Source: an uncultured delta proteobacterium (GTDB taxonomy: Bacteria > Myxococcota_A > Polyangia > Polyangiales > Houyiibacteriaceae). From it: 64,000 nt of DNA. The notes under the pieces were generated by a model. It saw only the letters and a list, made by a program, of their open reading frames with translations. It ran no database searches and was not told the DNA's origin. The stretch covers positions 96,001 to 160,000 of the forward strand of contig CAVOVB010000010.1 of assembly GCA_963699755.1 (NCBI GenBank). The letters run 5' to 3'. Positions 1 to 7,252 of this stretch are shown piece by piece (the first letter of the stretch is position 1; every line of letters begins with the position of its first letter). The translations under genes were made by a program, and so were the position numbers.

Positions 1-1590
1 TTCGACGTCGGCGACTTCTTGGGGGGTGAGGTTGATCTCATACCAGTAGCGATCGCCATCTCGGAGTGACCTAAACTGCTTCGCGATGACCGTAAACGCC
101 AACTCGCCGACGTGCCCGCCGTTGACCGGCTCTTCCGCAAGAGTCCCCGCCCACAAATCAATCTCGTCGACGTCGGTGTACACCGATGCCAATCGCGCCT
201 GTACAGCAGGGTCGCCGTTGACTTCTGCGAAGCTCGCACGTCGCCCAAGCCCGATTGCTTCGCGAGCATCGTTGTAGCTTGGGAGACCGTGATCGCGTCC
301 GCGCTGAATGTTGAGGGAGGCTAGATCGAAGCCGCCCGCGCCGGGAGGCCCGAAGAGGAAGTTGCGCACGTCGTCCACCAACTCGGTGTCGATCGCGGAG
401 CAGGCCTGGCTCGCAAGGCCGCGAAGCAGTGGCTCGATGCCTCCCTCGCTGACGATGCGATCCGGTTGGAAAAAGGCATCGCGAAGCGCCAGGTTGCCCT
501 CCGGAATCGGATTCAGGTTCGCATCGAGGCGCAGCAAGGTCGCGCTCAGGGCGCTATGCCCGAAGCGATAGATGGCGGTCGAAAACTCGTTCATGATGGC
601 CGGGCTCACGTTCCAGTAATATTCGCGGTACACAGGTATGGCATTGGGACCTAGGAGCGCCGGCAGAAACTCGTTGTACGTGATGCTCTGTACGAGCGCC
701 CCGACGATTCGCCGCGCCTCCTGGTAGATTTCTTCTCCCGTCAACAGTGGGTCGTTGGCGGCGATTTCCGCGGCCAAGCGGTTGTGCTCTCGTACGAAAA
801 GCGTGTGCAGGGCGGCCAAACCGACCTGCTCGTTCGCTCTGACGTCTCCGGCCAGAAAGAGTGCCGGATCGGTTCCTCCTGCATTGGGTAAACCCGGCGT
901 GTTGAAAGGAAGCAAATCGCCGGGGCTCGTCAGCAACCTCCCAGTGCCATCGTTGGTTCGAAGCGCCGCAGCGCGAACGTCATCGGAGCCATACACGTTC
1001 GACGCATCGATGAAATGCGTGATCTGATTCAATTGCTGGCGGGGATACGCCAGGTCGTTGCCGGTTCCTGGATGATAGGTGGACCTGTTGAAATCAATCG
1101 TGGCAGTTCCCGTGTCCGTTGGGTCGAACGATGGGTCACCGCCAGGAACGGGGATCGGCATCGGCTCGGCGGGGTCTTGCGCCTCGGTGAGATCGATGTC
1201 GTGGTCGACGAATTGACCCCACTGCCAGAGGAAGTCGCTCGCGCCCAAGGCGTTGGGCCCGGGCAGTGAATCCGCGCAGAGCGCGTTGCTGACCTCACGC
1301 GGCGAGGGGCGCCCGGCGCCCGCCATCGAGGCAACAGCGTCCCCGTAGGCGGACGGCATCATTCGCCGCAGCGTCGTACCGGCGGCGCCAAGCTCGAAGT
1401 GGTCCATGTGATTTCCAGTACCGTCGATGCTTCGATATCGACCCGTGGGCTGCGCTGAGGGATCGGGTGGCGGAACGCTGGCCGGATCCACGTTCGCCGT
1501 CGGTGAAATCGCAGCCAACGTGTCCTCGCAGCTCATTGCTGCGCTCGGTAGGAGCAGAAGTACGACCAGCACGCGCATCCAGCTCATCAT
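1..1590 (-). CDS. Animal-type (peroxidase-cyclooxygenase superfamily) heme peroxidase, probably exported; 3' end runs off the window
   Basis: Manual translation from ATG at 1590: signal-like MMSWMRVLVVLLLLPSAAMSC, YRSIDGTGN, WQWGQFVDHD, ITHFIDASNVYGS, GDVRANEQ, LHTLFVREHNR, YRFGHS, DLASLNIQRGRDHG. Absent from the ORF track, presumably because it has no stop inside the window. Confidence 0.93.
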   Translation of the reverse strand, partial: MMSWMRVLVVLLLLPSAAMSCEDTLAAISPTANVDPASVPPPDPSAQPTGRYRSIDGTGNHMDHFELGAAGTTLRRMMPSAYGDAVASMAGAGRPSPREVSNALCADSLPGPNALGASDFLWQWGQFVDHDIDLTEAQDPAEPMPIPVPGGDPSFDPTDTGTATIDFNRSTYHPGTGNDLAYPRQQLNQITHFIDASNVYGSDDVRAAALRTNDGTGRLLTSPGDLLPFNTPGLPNAGGTDPALFLAGDVRANEQVGLAALHTLFVREHNRLAAEIAANDPLLTGEEIYQEARRIVGALVQSITYNEFLPALLGPNAIPVYREYYWNVSPAIMNEFSTAIYRFGHSALSATLLRLDANLNPIPEGNLALRDAFFQPDRIVSEGGIEPLLRGLASQACSAIDTELVDDVRNFLFGPPGAGGFDLASLNIQRGRDHGLPSYNDAREAIGLGRRASFAEVNGDPAVQARLASVYTDVDEIDLWAGTLAEEPVNGGHVGELAFTVIAKQFRSLRDGDRYWYEINLTPQEVADVE

Positions 1591-1779
1591 CCAGCGATGT
1601 TTCACGGTCAAACTCTCCGGGTCGGGCGGCGATTGGTATATCGAAGTTCCTTTCGATTTGGAAGACGCAATGACCGCCCGGGCGCGATGTCCGATTGTGA
1701 CCAGCACACGCGACGAATTGGGACGAGACCAGGCAGGGCGCCTCGCGGCTCACGCGCTAGTTGGTCGGCCTACCTCGCG

Positions 1780-2568
1780 TCAGGGACGCCGGAAATGCAG
1801 GTAATAGTTCTTTTCGAGGAGGTCGGTTTCGGATTCGAAGACGAAACCGGCGTGCTCGACCTCTGCGATGACGGTGGCCTTGTTTGCGCGAACGTGCCTC
1901 AGGACAGCGGGGCTGCTCTCGCCCTCGGAACGCTTCATGTCGACCAGCACCAAGGTCGCGCCGGGCCGCAGAGTGCGGAAGAGCGAACGCATGTAGGCCT
2001 CGGGGTGTTCGATGTGATGATAGGTGTCGCACATGAATGCGAGGTCGAGGGAGGCGGGCGCCAAACCGGTTGCCGTTTCCTCTCCTCGGACAACCATGAC
2101 GTTGCCGAGCCCTTCCGCTCTCACCCGCTCGCGAATCCGTTCGAGAAACGTTGGCACGATGTCGACCGCGAACACCATGCCCCGCGGCCCAACGCGTTTC
2201 GCCATCTCGGTCGTCAGCAAGCCCGTGCCTGCTCCGATGTCGGCGACTTGCATCCCGTCGGTGAGCCCGATGGCATTGACGATGTCACGGCGGCGTTGAA
2301 CGATCTCGCGGGTCTTCGATTCCAGGATTCGGGTGTATCGGTCGAGCGCATCGCCTCGGAAGTAAGGATCGTTGATGCCCGGCTTGACGCTGGGGTCCTC
2401 TCGGGGGGGCGTCGGCTCCGCGCGCGCTGTCTCGACATGCGGGGTCCTGTCGATGGCGACGTCTCTTGCATCCTCAGAGGCTGCAGGGGCCGCTGCTCTG
2501 GTTGCGCAGCCGATCGAACCGGCGAATGCGAGGCAAAGCAGCCATCGACTTCCGAAAAAACACCGCAT
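1780..2568 (-). CDS. Class I SAM-dependent methyltransferase with lipoprotein-like signal
   Basis: VADIGAGTG motif I, VFAVDI motif II, DTYHH; N-terminal LLCLAFAGSIGC. Confidence 0.88.
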   Translation of the reverse strand: MRCFFGSRWLLCLAFAGSIGCATRAAAPAASEDARDVAIDRTPHVETARAEPTPPREDPSVKPGINDPYFRGDALDRYTRILESKTREIVQRRRDIVNAIGLTDGMQVADIGAGTGLLTTEMAKRVGPRGMVFAVDIVPTFLERIRERVRAEGLGNVMVVRGEETATGLAPASLDLAFMCDTYHHIEHPEAYMRSLFRTLRPGATLVLVDMKRSEGESSPAVLRHVRANKATVIAEVEHAGFVFESETDLLEKNYYLHFRRP

Positions 2569-2577
2569 CGAAGGGCT

Positions 2578-3870
2578 TTACTTCGACGGGTCGACGACGC
2601 GCCCAATGAAGAGGGTCGCACCCGTGGGACGGTCTACAATCGCGAAGATGAAGGGCCGGTTGACCTGGAGCATGGCTCGCGGCGGAACCGAGGTCGCCCC
2701 GATGACCACGGCGGTTGCGGCGGCGGCTTCGGTGCCCTTCTCGTCTACGGCGACAAACCCTTGATGAACGACGTCCTGGATATAAAGGCCCCTCGTCCCG
2801 TCCATGCCCGAGAGATCGGCGTCTTCGAATCGAAACGCGTCGACCATGCCGAGCGCTTGCAGGGGCGCTTTGGCGGGCACCAACGAACGGAATGAGAACT
2901 TCGGCAATGCCAAATCGACGAGGTGCCCGGTAAGCTCCCTCTGGATCTGCGCGACCTTGGCTGAAGAGAGCATGCCTTCGACCGCCGCGAGCGCCCCTTG
3001 GTTTGGAACGATGAGCAACATCGCCAACTGCTCGCCGTCATAGGAGAGCTCGGCAGCCTGGTAGTTTTCGCCGGCGGCGTAGCCCGTCATGAGCCCAACG
3101 TGCATCGTCGCCGTTTGGATCTGGCTCCCGTCGAGAAGTGCAAAGGGCTCGTCTCGGGTGTTGGTTTCTTCGAAGGGCTCAGCCCAGGAAGCGCTGAAAT
3201 AGATGGCATTCACGAGCACCAGGCGCGTGAGGTCCGTGATGATCCCCGGCGCGAGGAGGTCCTCGATGCGCGTTTCGGTCTGGTCGCTCACCCAGTCGTT
3301 GATGACGACCCGCGACGCGTCCGGATCGGCAGCGAAGTCCATCAGGCGCATGCCGGCGCCATAGCTTTCGGCAAGCGTGTCGAGGAAAGGATCGAGAAAA
3401 CCGAAGCCAGCCTGCCCAAAGAGGGCGTTGGTGGCGTGCAGGCGAAACGGCATGGCGGCTTCGGCGTTGCTCTGCTCGCCGCGCGCCGCTAGCGCTAGAT
3501 CGAGCGCATTGAACGCCGGATGGAGCCGAGCCTGGTTCAGGGTGAAGTGCAAGACCTCGGCCATCTGGGCCTCGGTCGTGCTTCGGGCGCCAGCCCAGGT
3601 CATGGCGAGCGCGACCGAGAGGCTGTATGGCGAGAAGAAGAGGTTTTCGCCGTCCTTCACGGCTTCGCGGTAGAAGTCCCAGCCAAACGCCGCATTTCCA
3701 TCGGCCAGCTCGGCGAGCTCATCGCGACTGGTGTCCGGCGCCTCATTCCGGGGCTTCGACGAGGCCACCAGCTCGCCTGGCGCAGTTGGTCCGCTCGCGC
3801 CGGGCGTGGTTTTCGGAGTGCACGACAGGACGCACGCGGCCAAGATTGTCGAGAGAGCCCCTCGGAGCAT
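2578..3870 (-). CDS. Serpin family protein (lipoprotein)
   Basis: NLFFSPYS, LVLVNAIYF, hinge VDEKGTEAAAAT, VNRPFIFAI. Start taken at MLRGALSTILAACVLSC (3870) rather than 4086. Confidence 0.93.
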   Translation of the reverse strand: MLRGALSTILAACVLSCTPKTTPGASGPTAPGELVASSKPRNEAPDTSRDELAELADGNAAFGWDFYREAVKDGENLFFSPYSLSVALAMTWAGARSTTEAQMAEVLHFTLNQARLHPAFNALDLALAARGEQSNAEAAMPFRLHATNALFGQAGFGFLDPFLDTLAESYGAGMRLMDFAADPDASRVVINDWVSDQTETRIEDLLAPGIITDLTRLVLVNAIYFSASWAEPFEETNTRDEPFALLDGSQIQTATMHVGLMTGYAAGENYQAAELSYDGEQLAMLLIVPNQGALAAVEGMLSSAKVAQIQRELTGHLVDLALPKFSFRSLVPAKAPLQALGMVDAFRFEDADLSGMDGTRGLYIQDVVHQGFVAVDEKGTEAAAATAVVIGATSVPPRAMLQVNRPFIFAIVDRPTGATLFIGRVVDPSK

Positions 3871-3946
3871 GAGATGAGCGACCCTAGCACAGCCCCAAGA
3901 CAGAGGCCTTCGAGAGGGGCTGGCTCTTTCGCAAAGAGGCGAAGGC

Positions 3947-5149
3947 ATGAGTGATGAGCATCCTCTCCCCTTGGCGGGCGTTCGGGTGGTCGAGTTTACC
4001 CACATGGTGATGGGCCCTGCGGTGGGCCTGATCTTGGCCGACATGGGCGCGGAGGTCATCAAGCTCGAACCACCCCACGGCGACAAGACGCGCAGCTTGC
4101 CCGGCTCGGGTGCCGGCTACTTCCCGGCGTACAACCGAAACAAGCGCTCGCTCTGCGTCGATTTGAAGTCGCCGCAGGGCAAGGCCGCGGTGTTGCGCCT
4201 GGTCGATGCGGCCGATGTCGTGGTCGAGAACTTTCGTCCGGGGACGATGGACCGCCTCGGGTTCGGATTCGAAGCGCTCCGGACGCGAAACAAGGGCCTG
4301 ATCTATTGCTCCGAGAAAGGCTTCCTCGCTGGTCCCTATGAGGAACGCACTGCCATGGACGAGGTCGCGCAGATGATGGGGGGCTTGGCGTACATGACCG
4401 GGCCACCGGGGCGACCGCTTCGTGCGGGCGCCTCCGTCATCGACGTGCAGGGCGGCATGTTCGGTGCGCTTGGGATCCTCGGCGCATTGCTTCAGCGCAA
4501 ACAAACCGGCGAAGGGCAAAAAATCATCGCTTCGCTCTTCGAAAGCAGCGTCTTCCTCGTCGGCCAGCACATGGCCCAGTACGCCGTGACGGGCGAAGCG
4601 GCCGCGCCGATGCCGGCGCGCATCTCCGCCTGGGCGATCTACCAGGTGTTCGAGACCAAAGATGACGACCTAGTGTTTGTAGGAATCGTCAGCGACAAGC
4701 AGTGGGAGCTCTTGTGCGACGCCTTTGGCTTGGACGAGCTGGCCGCGGACGAGTCGCTCCAGACAAACGATGGTCGCGCAGCCGAGAAAGACCGACTCTT
4801 GCCGATCATCGAAGACGTCTTCGCGAGCTACACGAAGGCCGAGCTGATGGCGAAGCTCGAGGCGAGCGGGCTTCCCTTTGCACCGATCACCCGGCCCGAC
4901 GAGCTCTTCGACGACCCGCACCTAAACGCCAGCGGCGGCCTGCTGCCCTACACCGTCACCGACGGTGCACGCAAAGGGCACCAAACCAAGCTCCCCGCCC
5001 TCCCCTTGGAGATGGACGGGCACCGCTTCGCGCTTCGCCTGCCGGTGCCGCGCGCCGGTGAGCACACCCGCGCGATCTTGGCCGAAGCTGGCTACGCCCA
5101 CGAGGAAATTGAGGCGATGCTCCTCGCCGGGGTCGTGACCGGGGAATAG
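3947..5149 (+). CDS. CaiB/BaiF family (class III) CoA-transferase
   Basis: PLAGVRVVEF, LADMGAEVIKLE, NRNKRS, ENFRPG, GEHT. Confidence 0.93.
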   Translation: MSDEHPLPLAGVRVVEFTHMVMGPAVGLILADMGAEVIKLEPPHGDKTRSLPGSGAGYFPAYNRNKRSLCVDLKSPQGKAAVLRLVDAADVVVENFRPGTMDRLGFGFEALRTRNKGLIYCSEKGFLAGPYEERTAMDEVAQMMGGLAYMTGPPGRPLRAGASVIDVQGGMFGALGILGALLQRKQTGEGQKIIASLFESSVFLVGQHMAQYAVTGEAAAPMPARISAWAIYQVFETKDDDLVFVGIVSDKQWELLCDAFGLDELAADESLQTNDGRAAEKDRLLPIIEDVFASYTKAELMAKLEASGLPFAPITRPDELFDDPHLNASGGLLPYTVTDGARKGHQTKLPALPLEMDGHRFALRLPVPRAGEHTRAILAEAGYAHEEIEAMLLAGVVTGE

Positions 5150-5229
5150 CAGGGGCTGGCCGGGGCGATGCGACTTGACGCGATCGGAGCCCACCCCTAG
5201 CCTCCGCTCACTTCGACTCCTGTCTTCGG

Positions 5230-7251
5230 ATGTGCGCCATGCTCTCGAGATCCGGCCGTCGACCCATCAGCGCCGCGCTTACCGTGGCATCACTGCTCCT
5301 CCTCACCGGCATCACGGAGTGCAACAGCACCTGCTTCGACTACGACAGTCGAGGGAACCGCTTCACCTACGAATGCGTGGTGTGCCAAGACCCGGACAGC
5401 AACCCTTGCACACGGGACACTTGGAACGTGCCCGCCGGCAACGTTTGTGTCGCACAGGACCAGCCCTTGTTGCCGAATGGCACCGCCTGTGACGATGGCA
5501 CCACAGTCGGAGTGTGCGTGTCCGGCGTCTGTTCGAGCTCGCTTAGTTGCGACGTCGCTGCTGCTCTGGCTACCCAAACATGTTTGATGGAAGCGAACGA
5601 AGCCTGGCAAGCCTGCTACGCCAATGGCGGCGCCCCCTGTAGCGACAAGGACCCAAGCATCATAGCGGCCTTGTCTGCCCTCGAGGCCACCGTCAGCGCA
5701 AGTTGTAGTAGCGGCGAGTTTGGGTCCCTGAGCGTTCCTGCGCTCGTCGGCCGTCTTCAAACGTCCTGCCGATACGAGGCGGCGTCCCTCGCGTCGCGCT
5801 CCTTCGGCGGCCCGCACGGCGCAGCTTGGGCAGACGCCGATCCAGCCAGCCGGGCGTGCTTAGAAGCGGCCCACCAAACCGGAGCAAGCTTGCTCGATGA
5901 CGTGTTGACGAGCACCCAGAACTGCCTGACCGGCGGGAACTGCGATGCCGCCGGTCTGGCGACTGAAGTACAGGGCTTGTCCTCCACAGCGCAACAATAC
6001 ATCGCTGGCGCATGCAGTGCGCTCGAGACCATCGTCGCACTCGATCCACAGCAGTTCGTCGAGCGTGCGCTTCATCAGTCGGACTGCATCGTCGCCACAT
6101 CGCGGGCCGACACTTCGCCGCTCGCCTTATCCTGCGGCCCGAGTCGCGTCCCTTCCACACCCACCCGGGGCCAGTATGTCCAGATCGTCCTCGATGGCGC
6201 CGACTGGGGCACCTCCTGTGGAGATGGGAGCCCGTATGCCTTTCAGATCCGTCTGGCGCCCCCGGGCCAGCCCTTGAACCGAGTGCTGATCGGCATGCAG
6301 GGCGGTGGCGTGTGTATCTTCGGCAGCGACTGCGGACCCATCTGGCAGAGCTCGCCCGGCTTGTTCGAGGCCCTCTCCGATCAAGCGCCTAGCGGCGGGA
6401 TCATGTCCAACGACCCGGCTCAAAACGACTTCGCCGCTTGGACCAAGGTCTTTCTCCCGTACTGCACCCAGGACGTCTACGCAGGCGGTGGGATCTCCCA
6501 AGCGTTCACGGGCTTCGACATCGAGCGCTACGGCTCGGTCAACGTCCGGGCCGCGGTGGAGTACGTGCGGAACCTGCTCTGGCTCATGCAGGACCAAGAA
6601 GGTGGCGAAGGCTATCGGCCCGACCAGATGGTCGCTGCCTTCGGTGGCTGGTCGGCCGGTGGGTTTGGAGCCCTCTACAATTATCACTGGATGCTGGACG
6701 ATTTGCAGTGGCCAAACACGACCGCCTTTGCGGATTCGTCGCTGGGCTTAGACAGTGGCGACCCGCTCTTCAGCGTTCGGGTCCTCGGCGGCCTGCTGCA
6801 AGTCCTTTGGGACGCGCTTCCTGTGTTTCCGCCATACTGCTTTGCGGGTGATTGCGCGGTCGGGCCGGACCTCTACGCGGCGACCGCACCGCGGCTCAAG
6901 GCGACACCCAACCAACAGTTCTTGATCCTCAGCAACCAAAACGACGGCACACAGGTCGGCACGACCTACTTCCCGAGCACAGCCGCATGGATCAACGCCG
7001 CCCGTTCCTCCGTCTGCGACACCAAAGATCTCGCCGGCGTCAACTACTACCTGACGAGTGTCCTCAACAGTGTTCATGTCGTGTCACTCGGTTCGCTCTA
7101 TGCGCAGGCCGTAGATGGAGAGCTCATGTCCCAATGGCTGTGGAAGGGTGTGATTGGCGCTCCGAACGCCATCGCCGATCGCATCGAAGAAGGCCTATTT
7201 GCGCAGCAGATCGCCGGCGTGAATCCGTTCCCGTGCGCAATCGCGCCCTGA
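5230..7251 (+). CDS. Secreted Cys-rich protein with C-terminal pectinacetylesterase/Notum-like hydrolase domain
   Basis: Signal peptide, Cys-rich N-terminal half, then CGDGSPY, GGGVC, LPYCTQD and GWSAGG nucleophile elbow. Confidence 0.75.
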   Translation: MCAMLSRSGRRPISAALTVASLLLLTGITECNSTCFDYDSRGNRFTYECVVCQDPDSNPCTRDTWNVPAGNVCVAQDQPLLPNGTACDDGTTVGVCVSGVCSSSLSCDVAAALATQTCLMEANEAWQACYANGGAPCSDKDPSIIAALSALEATVSASCSSGEFGSLSVPALVGRLQTSCRYEAASLASRSFGGPHGAAWADADPASRACLEAAHQTGASLLDDVLTSTQNCLTGGNCDAAGLATEVQGLSSTAQQYIAGACSALETIVALDPQQFVERALHQSDCIVATSRADTSPLALSCGPSRVPSTPTRGQYVQIVLDGADWGTSCGDGSPYAFQIRLAPPGQPLNRVLIGMQGGGVCIFGSDCGPIWQSSPGLFEALSDQAPSGGIMSNDPAQNDFAAWTKVFLPYCTQDVYAGGGISQAFTGFDIERYGSVNVRAAVEYVRNLLWLMQDQEGGEGYRPDQMVAAFGGWSAGGFGALYNYHWMLDDLQWPNTTAFADSSLGLDSGDPLFSVRVLGGLLQVLWDALPVFPPYCFAGDCAVGPDLYAATAPRLKATPNQQFLILSNQNDGTQVGTTYFPSTAAWINAARSSVCDTKDLAGVNYYLTSVLNSVHVVSLGSLYAQAVDGELMSQWLWKGVIGAPNAIADRIEEGLFAQQIAGVNPFPCAIAP

Positions 7252-7252
7252 G

